A stretch of 63,692 bases of DNA, filler included, from Octopus bimaculoides (lineage: Eukaryota): assembly GCF_001194135.2 (NCBI RefSeq). It is 4 parts of 4 records of this genome, joined end to end, with 100 filler letters (N's around TTAATTAATTAA, not from the genome) between each part and the next. Parts side by side here need not be neighbours in the genome. Positions count along the whole stretch, not along the records: positions 26,977 to 45,183 come from NC_069003.1; positions 45,284 to 62,435 come from NC_068982.1; 2 more parts are not named here. One strand, written 5' to 3'. The notes under the pieces were generated by a model, which did no database searches, was not told where the DNA came from, and worked only from the letters and a program-made list of their open reading frames with translations. The position numbers and the translations under genes are program-made. Of the stretch, positions 39,921 through 50,988 are shown piece by piece. Every line of letters starts with the position of its first letter. Position 1 is the stretch's first letter.

Positions 39921-41664
39921 CTGTACTTTCCTGAAAATAAAACCTAACAGAAAATAAGACCTAACATGACCAGTGGTCAGTACTGGTCAGTAGAAGTAAA
40001 AAACAAGTACACATTTTCTTTCAAGGCAAAAATCTCCCAGAAAATAGCATGATGAAATTGAATGAGAAATCATTTGCCAGGTCATTTTCACCCCTAAGCA
40101 AGATGAGTTTAAGAAGAAAGAATTATTCCATCCAGTACAAGAAAGGAATTATGGAAGACTCGCTGGGCAAGAATCTTACTGTTTTCTGCAAAGAAAAGAA
40201 TTTAGATCTCTGAATGGTTCAAGAAAGGCGAGTAGACTACGATAAACTCAGTCAACAAGTGAACAAGAGAAACGCAAAGGGGCACAAGTGTGGATCAGGT
40301 CAGCAACCACTATTTTCTGAGCTGGAAGATGTCATCTGAGAATGGGTTGCTGACAGGAGAGCAAAGGCTTTGATTGTTTGCAGGACTGATAGTCAAGCAT
40401 TTGCCCTTGCAAATGCACCACAGTTTGGTATATTTCCAGAGGAATTCAAAGCATCACAACAGTGGCTGGATGGTTTCCTTCAATGACATGAACTTTCTCT
40501 GAGAAGACTGTCAACACTGTTCAAACTGGAAGATACCGAGATTATTAAATGTGCACTTGCATTTAAGTCCTTTGTTGATGGGATAGACTGTTCTAAATAC
40601 CGTCTCTCCAACATGTTTGCTATGGATGAAACTGCACTGTTCATGGGCCATGGATCTCAATCGACAGTTGATTAAAGGGGTGTGTCATCAATCTACATTC
40701 CCTTTACTGGTTACAAAAGTGCATGAGTTACATGTATCTTGGCAATTCGTCTCGATGGAAGTAAAGCCCCATCTCTAATCATCACTAAAGGCAGGAAGGA
40801 TAAAACTGAATGCATTTCAGGCATCTGTGTTCTGGAAACTGAAAAGGCATGGTGCACACAAGCAGTTTTAAGGAAGTGGATCAATTTCATGCTGTCACTT
40901 ATTTTGTGAAGAGGTCAAGGAGGTCTGATAGCCTGGGATTCAGCCAGTACACACCGCGCAAAAGACACGAAGAACTTCCTTAGAGAAAGAAGAATAGCTC
41001 AAATGATTCCTGCAGGAACGACTGCCTATCTTCAGACTCTTGGCATTGCAATATTTAAACCATTCAAGGCCCATTGGTGCATAGAAGTCAATGACTACAC
41101 TGAAAACAGAATGGTGAGAAACCAGCATAGAAATTTTGTAAAACCCAGCCTGCAAGAGATTGTGACTTGGGTGACGAATTCATGGAACAAAATCACAGGC
41201 AGCAGTGTGGCCATTGCACTTCGAGCAGGCTACCTGGACAAGAACTTCTCATTCAATGAGACATCTATTGCTTGACATAAGAGATTGGAGATGAAAGTTT
41301 TGCAGGAATTGGAGTCACATGAAAACTCCGCAGGAATTTTGAACTCCAGTAATTTGCAGAACAATGACATTCCAGAGGATGATGACATGACTGTTTTTGA
41401 ATAAATTGTTGTTTATGAGTTTCTGAGTAAAAGAATATGTAAATTGTCAAGTAAATGTAAATAATTTTTCGTAATTTCTGTTTAATAAATTTCTGTCGTA
41501 ATAAATCGTCAAGTAGATTGCTTTTCATAATTTCTGTTTATTTAGTAATTTCGTAATTTTTTATTTTGTAATGTTTTTCAGTACATGAAAAAAATATGAA
41601 CTCCCCTGAAAATAAGCCCTAGTGAAAATTAATTAAGCCCTGTCTTATTTTGGGGGAAACATGG
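39921..41664 (+). mobile_element. Near full-length pogo-family DNA transposon (degenerate transposase)
   Basis: TA-flanked TIRs CTGTACTTTCCTGAAAATAA / GTCTTATTTTGGGGGAAACATGG; internal ASQQWLDGFLQ-H, FAMDETAL, AWDSASTH, MIPAGTTAYLQTLGIAIFKPFK motifs (CENP-B HTH plus DDE_1) with stops. Confidence 0.85.
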
Positions 41665-41714
41665 TATATTGTGCAAAACATTCAAACACATCTTTTTAGT
41701 TTGATAAAACTTAC

Positions 41715-42074
41715 CTAGTAGTCCTGTTGTATCTGAAGACAAGCCAGAGTAGTCAGTGATGTAGAAATTGAGGAAACTGACACGTTTTGGGTAAGTATGT
41801 GATACCAAGGTTCGTTGTATCACGATGTGTGTTGAGTTGTTTATGTAAACATTCAAATGTTTGCCACTACCTGTGACAACAAGTTTCATTCCATTTATTT
41901 TCATGCTAGTTTCTTTTAGCCAAGATAACAGTATACCATGCACACGAATCATTCTTGGCGTGACATAAAGACTCAGCATAGAATGGGCGATTTTCACTGC
42001 TCCAAGATATGTTCTCTGGTGTCCGTCTTTGTTGATCACTTTGCTTGCCACCACTTTAGCAGTAATTCTGTCTC
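41715..42074 (-). CDS. ITIH-like: Penultimate coding exon of an inter-alpha-trypsin inhibitor heavy chain-like gene (ITI_HC_C domain)
   Basis: 360-nt exon with acceptor ttctttctag|GA and donor CTAG|gtaagt, phase 1 at both ends. Translates (G)DRITAKVVASKVINKDGHQRTYLGAVKI...VSFLNFYITDYSGLSSDTTGLL(G), matching the ITIH C-terminal pattern F-L-x-F-Y-I/V...S..T-x-GLLGQF. Confidence 0.85.
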
Positions 42075-42297
42075 CTAGAAAGAATTGGCAGAAAAATATT
42101 AGTTTGTTTTTGTTTTCTACTCAATGAAGGGTTTTCAACATCTTAGGGCTGTGTGTAATTCCCATTATATGATTGTTCAAAATACATACATACATACATG
42201 CATACATATATACATACATACATACATACATACACACATACACACACATATACACACATACATACATACATACATACATACATACATACATACATAC

Positions 42298-42600
42298 CAG
42301 TGAAAAAGAGAATACCTATGCGGAATTATTGAGAAATCTGCAGTTGCTCTATTCAGATTACAAGTTCAGGTTTACACCTGTAATTATTGAGATTCTGGGA
42401 TATGTAACACACTGCCTAAATACCAATCTCGAGAAATTAGGCTTCTCAGAACCAGTTAGGAGAAAGCTAATTAGCTACAGATCCAATCCAACACCGGAAC
42501 AGTAAAAATCTGTAAAACTTCCCAGAAGTTTAACATTTAAATATAAATGAGCATGTAAAATCCAGACTAACAGAATGCAACGGGAGAAAAATTAGAATTA
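42298..42600 (+). mobile_element. RLE-type LINE 3' fragment of a different lineage, abutting (TACA)n
   Basis: EKENTYAELLRNLQLLYSDYKFRFTPVIIEILGYV...NLEKLGFS, then frameshifted GTVKICKT...KF*. Confidence 0.65.
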
Positions 42601-42737
42601 GTATTCGATTATTCTAAAATTAAATATTCCATACAAACTACAAATCCATGGAAATGTACTGATTATGAGGTTGGTGTATCCGTTGCAGAACATCTTTGTG
42701 TCTTTGTTTACTAAATGTTTGTGTGAGTGTGTGCGTC

Positions 42738-42780
<43 letters not shown>

Positions 42781-42782
<2 letters not shown>

Positions 42783-43150
42783 TTATCATCATCATCGTTG
42801 TTTAACGTCCACTTTCCATGCTGGTATGGGTTGGACAGTTTGACTGAGGACTGGCAAGCCAGAAGGTTGTACCAGGCTCCAACCTGATCTGGTAAGGTTT
42901 CTTCAGCTGGATGCCCTTCCTAACACCAACTACTCCGAGAGTGTAGTGGGTGCTTTTTACGTGCCACCAGCATGAGGGTCAGTCAGGCAGTACTGGCATT
43001 GACCACGCTTGAATGGTGCTTTTTACATGCCGCCAGCATGGGAGCCAGTCAAGCAGCACTGGCAACGACAATGGTGCTTTTTACAAGCCACCGGCACGGG
43101 ACCAGTCCGATAGCACTGGCATTGACTGCCCTCAAATGGTGCATTTTATG
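42781..43150 (-). mobile_element. Second copy of the RTE-type 3' tail / tail-derived SINE
   Basis: Reverse complement of the 31.3-31.66 kb tail, ending in (GAT)n; a third tail tip lies at 10443-10475. Confidence 0.75.
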
Positions 43151-43622
43151 TGCCAATATAAGTGAGTGCATGTGTGTATTTATGTATATAGCTGCATGAC
43201 CTAGTGGCTAGGGTGTTGCACTCACAGTCACAAGATCATGGTTTCAGTTCCTAGACAAGGTGTTGCATTGTGTTCTTGAGCAAAGCACTTTATTTCATGT
43301 TGTTCTACAATAACTTTGCCACCTGGCGCATGGTACACTGTACCCCGGTTTGGACAATATTGATTTGATGGAGTGAATGAGTTAATGTGCAGCACATACA
43401 TTTGATCCCTATAAAGTAAATCATTTGAGCCGGTCACTCAGCAAAAGCTGAACACCTCTATGTCATCTTCAATGGGAGAGTCCATCATACATACATACAC
43501 ACACGTGTGTGTGTGTGTGTGTATACATATATATATCGTTTGTAAAAAACATAAATCTGAAAGAAGAAGCGTGCGCTAAGACGTAAAGTTGTTTATATTA
43601 AAATTAGGGAGGGCTGGTTTAT

Positions 43623-43684
43623 GGGATTTACCTTAGGTTTCCTGTCCATAAAGGGTTTAGCTTTATATCGTATCATCAGATCCC
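43623..43684 (-). ncRNA. Degenerate hammerhead-like motif in the inverted Penelope arm
   Basis: GGGAT-CTGATGA-(stem II region with ATAAAG/CTTTAT)-GAAA-CC TAA GG-TA-A-ATCCC; stem I has one extra base and the base of stem II is mismatched. Confidence 0.5.
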
Positions 43685-44203
43685 AAAAACCTGTTGGCCC
43701 AAGACCTCTAAAAAATATGGAGGAGGAAATGCCTCACTGCTCAAAGGTTACACTTGGGGATTATCTCCCTTTTCTATTGGCTATCGACTTCCAGCAGTGC
43801 CACCATCTTGTGGACTCCTGAAATGTAAACATGGCACAAAAATCTCTGTTCTGGAGTTCAGGATGTTCTATGGTTTGAGTGAGTCCTTTAGGATTCACGC
43901 ACATTCAGCTAAGCATAACTTGCAATGTTTCATCATCAGCACCAGCATTACCAACAGCTTCCTTAACATCCACAGTAGCAAACCTGACAACTCCTATAGC
44001 AATAACAACAGGTCCAGTGCCACCACCAACAATAATAGCAATAATGGCAGTAATGCCAACAGCAGCAGCAGCAACAGTGGCCCTAGCAGAAACACCAGTA
44101 GAACCACAGCTAATGACACCTCTAGCAGCAATGGCAACTCTCCCACCAATGACGAGGACCACAACAACAACAGCGCCTTCACCATAACCAGCAGTGATGA
44201 TAC

Positions 44204-44624
44204 TGTAGGGAAGTGGTTATACACCATTAGGTGTACTCCGCTTCCGTACATTAAATTTCTTGAAGAAACAACGGAACGCAGATTCTGAACAACACAACAA
44301 TATTTATTTACAGTGGAATTCGGCTCACGCTTGGAGGGAATTCGGTAGCTCGTCGCCTTTGGTTACTGAGACGCCGTCAATGAAGTTCGTGGTTATTTGT
44401 GTAGCTCTAGTGCTGGAATGTTGGAGAGAGCTCGGTGGGACGTCTAGGCTCGACGGAGATCAGCGAACGAAGAGAGTGAGAAAAGACGCCAAAGCTGGGT
44501 GTCGAACTCTACGCATGCGCATGAGACTCTTCCTGTATTCCTTCCGGAACTAGTCCCTGCGCATGCGTGGATAAAACTCCGGACATTGAACATATAACAG
44601 TCGTCTGCTATAGGTGTCACTACA
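44204..44624 (-). mobile_element. Solo LTR (421 bp), probably Ty3/Gypsy-type
   Basis: Termini TGTAG...CTACA; 4-bp TSD ATAC at 44200-44203 and 44625-44628; AATAAA on the minus strand at 44308-44303; removing it restores the host reading frame. Confidence 0.85.
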
Positions 44625-45283
44625 ATACCATTACCGACGCCACTACCACCTTCAGCAACGCCAACACCAGCTGTCCTAGTTTCAACAACAATGATGTCAG
44701 CAGCAGTAACAGCAACAACAACAATAACACCAGCAGATAAAGCACTGACAGCACACGCCGAAGGAAATACATTGGATGTTCTGGGAACTCTTTCAAGCAA
44801 TGTTTCTCAAACCACAGGTCCTTCTTCAAAGTTCCAGAAAGGAGATACATAACATCACTGGCCAGCCACGTCTGGCAACTAACAGATGATGGGATTCCAT
44901 ACTCAATCTCATGGAAAATCCTTGAGGACCCAGGCCCCTATATCAATGGGATGAAGCGTTGCAAGTTGTGCATAACTGAATGCACAAGAATCCTAAAGGA
45001 CTCACTCAAACTAGGGAACATCCTTAACTCCAGAATGGAGATTTCCAGGCCTTGTTTACATTTCAAGAGGTTCCTGCTAGCCTTTTGGAGTCCACAAGAT
45101 GGCAGCACAGCCAGTAGTCAATAGCCAATAGTAAAGGGAGATAATCCCCAATTGCTACCTTTGAGCAGTGAGGCATTTCCCCCNNNNNNNNNNNNNNNNN
45201 NNNNNNNNNNNNNNNNNNNNNNNNNNNTTAATTAATTAANNNNNNNNNNNNNNNNNNNNNNNNNNNNNNNNNNNNNNNNNNNN

Positions 45284-45321
<38 letters not shown>

Positions 45322-46270
45322 GTGAACTTAAATTATCGAAAACACTTGACGTATCTCGCATACAATATATATTTTTCATATTCCATTGCCACAGGAAAAC
45401 CTGTGTAAAGTTTACATGCATCATTACCATAGATTCTCTCAAGAGAGACTGTAGTAGTAGTAGTGGTAGTAGTAGTAGTAAACATTTTTAATATAAGAGG
45501 ACAGTCACAGATGGTCGGAATGAACAAACTTGACTGATACTTATTCTTTTGAAGCCGCATGAGTGAGATCAGAATCGAACCCGGTGAAGTTACTACAGTT
45601 GAGGATTTAACTGTAAAGTGTAAACAATCTAGTCTGGGGCCATGTGGTTGGTGAAAAAAAAAAAAAAAAAGAGAAAGCGCAAAAAAAAAAAGAAAGAAAA
45701 ACGGATATAAAAATTCTTATCGAAACTGGTTTACCCACAGAATTATAGGTGTGTGAACTGAATAAATGTCCTTAATTATGGCTATAGAAACTATTTTCAT
45801 TCTTTTTCTTGTCGTTTTAACGAAAAACACTACTACGGCAAACATTGCAAACAACAAGCGGTAAAATAAATAAAACAGTCATTCACACACACACTTCTAC
45901 AATAATACACATATACAGTTATGATTTATATAAATATAATATATAAACGAATGAATAAAATTATTGAAATGTTTGTAAATATTGGAAATCATTCGGATGA
46001 TTCCGTCTGGCGTTGAAGAAAAAAATTTAGATAAACAGCAGCAGAGAAGAAAGTAGGTCATGCTGGGAAAGGTAAGTCGCTCAACGCACAGACGACTACA
46101 GATATATACAACTACTCTCCTCGTTATTGTAGCTACATAATATAAAGCTAAACCGACAAGAAAATATTATTTTTGTCACGTAGACACATCTATACCATAA
46201 AAATGTATCTATATTCAATGAAAACAAGCATCAATCATTCAAATTATCACAACTATTCGGCTCTCTTATT

Positions 46271-46278
46271 TATATAAA
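46271..46278 (+). promoter_or_regulatory. Upstream TATA element of the tRNA gene
   Basis: TATATAAA at about -34 to -27 from the mature tRNA 5' end. Confidence 0.5.
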
Positions 46279-46304
46279 CTAAAATGGGCAGCGGTTTACT
46301 AGAT

Positions 46305-46386
46305 GCTGCGATGGCCGAGTGGTTAAGGCGTTGGACTCGAAATCCAATGGGCGATGCCCTCACAGGTTCGAATCCTGTTCGCAGCG
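46305..46386 (+). tRNA. tRNA-Ser(CGA): tRNA-Ser (anticodon CGA), 82 nt, intronless
   Basis: Acceptor stem GCTGCGA/TCGCAGC with discriminator G; A box TGGCCGAGTGG; anticodon arm TTGGA-CTCGAAA-TCCAA; long variable arm GGGC-GAT-GCCC; T arm ACAGG-TTCGAAT-CCTGT. Confidence 0.95.
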
Positions 46387-46390
46387 TTAA

Positions 46391-46398
46391 TTCTTTTT
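46391..46398 (+). terminator. Pol III terminator of the tRNA gene
   Basis: TTCTTTTT (T5 at 46394-46398) just after the tRNA 3' end. Confidence 0.75.
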
Positions 46399-46742
46399 CG
46401 TATTTTGTTTCTTAGCTGTTGAACGTTTGAAAGTGTTTTGTCTTTTTTTTTTTATTATACTTAAAATATTTTTTTTCTACTTTTTTAAAAATATATTTCC
46501 GTTTCATTGATTTTTGAAATTTAATTTTTCGTATACTTTTTACAGTATTTATAAATGAAGAGAGCTGAATGTTTATGTCTTTTTGATTGAAAACGAATAC
46601 CAGATCACGAACTTCATTAATTAAATGATTATATTATAACTGAATAATGTTATCTTTTCTGTGTTGAAATTCCTACAACACAACCAGCACAAGTTAGAGC
46701 CCTCTGTATAGGAATCATGCATCATCTTTAGACAACAATAAG

Positions 46743-47138
46743 CGCAGGCGTGGCTGCGTAGTAAGAAGTTTGCTTCTCAACCACATGGTTCTGGGTTCAG
46801 TCCCACTGCGTGCGCAAGTGTCTTCTACTATGGGCTCGAGCCAACCAAAGTCTTGTGAGTAGATTTGGTAGATGAAAACTGAAAGAAGCACGTCATATAT
46901 GTATTTATTTATATGTATGTGCGTTTGTGTCTTTGTGTGTGTTTGGCTCCTGCCACCGCTTGACAACCGCTGTTAGTGTGTCTATATCCTCGTAACTTAG
47001 CAGTTTGGCAAAAGACGCCGATAGCTTAAAAATGAAAACTAAAAATACTGGGGTCGATTCATTCGACTAAAAATTCTCCAAGGCGGTGCCCCAGCGTCAC
47101 GCAGTCTCATGACTGAAACTATAAAAGAGAAAGGATAA
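46743..47138 (+). mobile_element. Long tRNA-derived SINE with CORE-like segment and internal microsatellite
   Basis: Head GCAGGCGTGGCTGCGTAGTAAG...GGGTTCAGTCCC; GCAAGTGTCTTCTACTAT; tail GGTGCCCCAGC...GACTGAAAC. Related copies at 51532-51695, 52417-53146 and decayed 35268-35400. Confidence 0.75.
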
Positions 47139-47769
47139 ACTTTTAACCCCTGATAAGGCTAAAGTACGCGTCCTCGCAATCACATTAATGTTTGCTCATC
47201 ATAATTATTAAAAAAACTGTACGGCTAAATATGGCTAAATGGATAAATAATTCTATCTCCATTGTTATAATTATTGTAATTGCGTCACCTCTGTACATAT
47301 TTGCTTATAATCTGAGACGTGCTCTATTGCTACTTAGGACCTTTCATTATTTAGGATCTTTCGTTATTTTCGACCTTCGTTTTCTGAAGGAGAACTAAGT
47401 GTTTCTGATGAATTTTAAACTAAGAATAAATCATACCTGCTTGGACCTGTTTAGAAACTGCCAAAACTCTTCTTGTGTGCCAAATTTTTCAATGACACTA
47501 AATACATCTCTATATCATTTCGTATATTTTACTAATTCATCACAGATACATTTACCCACTCTCACTACTCTCACAAGCACTTATATGCTGTGTATCCTCC
47601 CTTTGTTTCTGATACCCTTACTACAGCGGTCTTTGCTTTCTTGAATAAGATCACTACGTAACAACCTACCAAACTAATTCAGTATATTTACTTCTCACGT
47701 CATCGTCTCTTCTCTGTTACATATCGCTTTACAAACCAGTAATAACACTTTATTGAAGACTTGACACAG

Positions 47770-49915
47770 TCCTTAAATCACAGCCTTGGTTTCTGCCGGG
47801 GTTATTTCCCCTAACAAGTTTCCCAAATAGAATCTGTTTAGGGATGCTGCTATCGTTTATTCTAATAAGGTGTCCAGTCCAATGCAACCAGTGCTCGTGC
47901 ACCATCACCTCAATACTCAAGATATCAGCTTTCCTCGGGACCTGTGTGTCTGGAGTTTTTAAGGTCCAGCCAACATTCAGAATGTGTCTCTGACATCTCT
48001 GATGAAAGCGTTCAAGGACCGTTACATGACGTTTGTAAAGGGTTCATGTCTCACATGTGTAAAGGAGCAATGTCAGTACACATGCACGGTACACAGCAAT
48101 TTTTGTTTGCCTTGTGATGCCATGCTGGGACCAGACACGAGACTGAAGAGACCGGAAGGAATCAGTTGCTCTCTGCAGCCTGAATGATATTTCACCATTC
48201 AGGGAGCAAGAACGGCTGAGTGTGCTGCCCAGATAGACAAACTTGTCTACCACTTTCAGTATTGTTCTTTCAACTAAGATAACTGGTTCCACATATGGAT
48301 TTCCTGGTGCAGGCTGAAATATAACAGTCTTGTCCAGGCTAATGCTGAGTCCAAATGCCTTGCAAGAAGCAGAAATACGGTTCATAAGTATTTGCATGTC
48401 ATCCACTGTATGAGTGACCGAGTCACAGTCATCTGCATAAAAGAGGTTACGAATAAGTAAGTGGAAAACTTTTGAACTGGCAGCAAATCCGCGCAGATTA
48501 AAGAGATGGCCAGAAGATTGATACCTGACATATATTCCCAGAGATCTAACCTTAGCAAAAGCATGAGTAAAAGCAGCAGCAAAGTACAAAGAAAAGAGAG
48601 TTGAAGCAAGGATGTTACCTTGCTAGACACCATTCTCTACAGGAATGGGTCCCGCCATGCTACCACCAACATTGACCCAGCCTCCATCCCATCATGAAAT
48701 TATTTAATTATAGATACAAAGTGATCCGGACATCCAAGTTTGCCAAGTATTTTCCATAGCAAGGCCCTATTTACAGTATCAAAGGCCTTCGTTAAATCAA
48801 TGAACACCTGGACAAGATCCATTTTCTGCTGATAGCACTTCTCTTGCATCTGTCTTGCAGTGAAAATCCTTTCCATTGTCCTTCTACCAGATCAGAAGCC
48901 ACATTGAAATTCAGATAGAACATCATTTACAAGACACCCATTCATGTGGGTAGGAAGAATATTTGCCGTAACCTTGCCAGCAGCTGATAGTAGAGCAATA
49001 CCTCTGTTGTTATCACACATTATTCTGGCTCCTTTTTCTTTATAGAGGGGACGAATAATTGCATCCTTCTAGTCCTTAGGCATTGCACCATTCCTCCAGA
49101 CTACTCTAATAAGTTTATGAATGGACTGTATGATGTAATCACCATCAAATCGCAAGACCTCAGCACAATTTCCATCCCTTCCAGGTGCCCTACCAAGATT
49201 CAATTTACTTATTGCTGTCATTACCTTATCTATTGAGGGCGTGAAATTTAAGGAGCCAATATTAGGTCTTTGCTGCATAGTATCAATCACTGTTTCATCC
49301 ACAACTGACTCATGGTTCAAGAGTTCAGAGAAGTGTTCAAGCCAGCGACCTGTGATTTCTGTTGATTTAGTAAATAGAGTAGGAGACTCCTTGGAAAGCA
49401 AAGGAGCTGATGCAGAGCTCTTAGGCCCATAAACGTACTTCATAAGACGGCAAAGCTTCTTGCTGTTATTTGCATCAGTAGCAGCCTGAACATCACGGGC
49501 AAGATCCTCCCACCAAGTGTTCTGCATCTTCCTGAGAGATCGCTTCAGTAGTGATTTTATACTGTTATAGTGGGCAATTGCTAGATTTCGCTGCACAGCT
49601 GAATGCCTGTGTGTGAATTTGTTTCGTGTGGATAAAGTATTGCGTGTCACCGAACCCACTTTTCGGTGCTGCCAGATATAAAGGTCAGCGGACAGCAGAG
49701 AAACCAACTGTACTTCAAGTATTTTTTTCTTCATTATACGAGCTTACTTTCAAGGAGGAAGTTCTCACAAGAACTAAGGGTCCTTCATTCCCAGTTGCTG
49801 ACAAGCTAGTTAACCCATAGCTGGAACGCTAACAAATGCTGCTAAGAGTTGACCTAGGAACAGGAGTGTCCAAGAGGTGGTTCCACACTTCTCAAAATCC
49901 TGGGACTGCCGTACC
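47770..49915 (-). mobile_element. RTE (BovB-like) LINE, 5'-truncated and degenerate
   Basis: ORFs 49734-49069 (RWLEHFSELLN, GRAPGRDG) and 48589-48044 (LFYADDC, FGLSISLDKT, KFVYLGSTLS, TKIAVYRACVLTLLLYTCET). Confidence 0.9.
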
Positions 49916-50041
49916 AGGGCTCCATATGTATGCATACATACATACATACATACACATATATATATATATATATACATAGCCGCATGCATGCATGCATACA
50001 TTCATACATGTGTGTGTGCATGTGTGTGTGTGTGTGAGAGA

Positions 50042-50082
<41 letters not shown>

Positions 50083-50379
50083 AAAGAAATACTTAGTTGT
50101 TGATTTTAATGCTGATTGTTAGCTTATAATATGAAAATCAAAAATCTATGAATATAAATTTTATAGAAACAAAACAAAAAAAAAAAGATAAGAAAAAAAG
50201 AAACAGAAAGAAGCCACGAAGGAAATAAAATGATGAATTAGAAAATTCCTCCATATCTATAATTTGTGTCATCAAGAAATATTCACATTTATTCCAAATA
50301 ACATGCATTTCGTTTTTCTAAATTACTATGGAACTTTGCGTTAGAGGCTACGGCTGTATTTATTTGCAGCTTTCTTTAT

Positions 50380-50410
<31 letters not shown>

Positions 50411-50629
50411 TGTATGTTTCTGTGTGTGCGCGCGTGTGTGTAAGATGATATATGTACATATATGAATATAGATAATATGTATGTATCTATCTGTCTGTCT
50501 ATCTATCTGTCTGTCTATCTATCTATCTATCTATCTGTCTGTCTGCTTATCTCTCTATCTATCTATCTGTCTGTCTATCTATCTATCTGTCTGATAAATC
50601 GGAGGTTAAAATATTCTCTCTCTCTCGTC

Positions 50630-50988
50630 GAGGGTTCCAGTTGATCCGATCAACGGAACAGCTTGCTCGTGAAATTAACGTGCAAGTGGCTGAGCACTCC
50701 ACAGACACGTGTACCCTTAACGTAGTTCTCGGGGATATTCAGCGTGACACAGTGTGACAAGGCTAACCCCTTTGAATTACAGGTACAACAGAAACAGGAA
50801 GTAAGAGTGAGAGAAAGTTGTGGAGGAAGAGTACAGCAGGGTTCGCCACCATCCCCTGCCGGAGCCTTGTGGAGCTTTTTAGGTGTTTTTCGCTCAATAA
50901 ACACTCACAGCGCCCGGTCTGGGAATCAAAACCGCGATCCTATGACCGCGAGTCCGCTGCCCAAATCACTGGGCCATTGCGCCTCCAC
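50630..50988 (-). mobile_element. tRNA-derived SINE of a further family
   Basis: Minus-strand head TGGAGGCGCAATGGCCCAGTG...GGTTTTGATTCCCAGACCGGGCG (A and B boxes) followed by a unique body. Confidence 0.7.

Larger units (their letters stand above)
43536..45183 (+). mobile_element. Penelope-like element relic: GIY-YIG endonuclease 3' end with an inverted terminal copy
   Basis: 44768-45123 encodes YIGCSGNSFKQCFSNH...SLASHVWQL...YSISWKIL...KRCKLCITE...LNSRMEI..PCLHFKRF. 44950-45183 recurs inverted at 43727-43934 (roughly 80-85% by eye). The right end runs into a gap. Confidence 0.85.

Noticed and set aside
43797-44288. 163-aa ORF as a standalone gene
   Set aside because: Chimeric: the N-terminus is the antisense of the inverted Penelope arm, the middle is the element's low-complexity frame, and the C-terminus is solo-LTR sequence.
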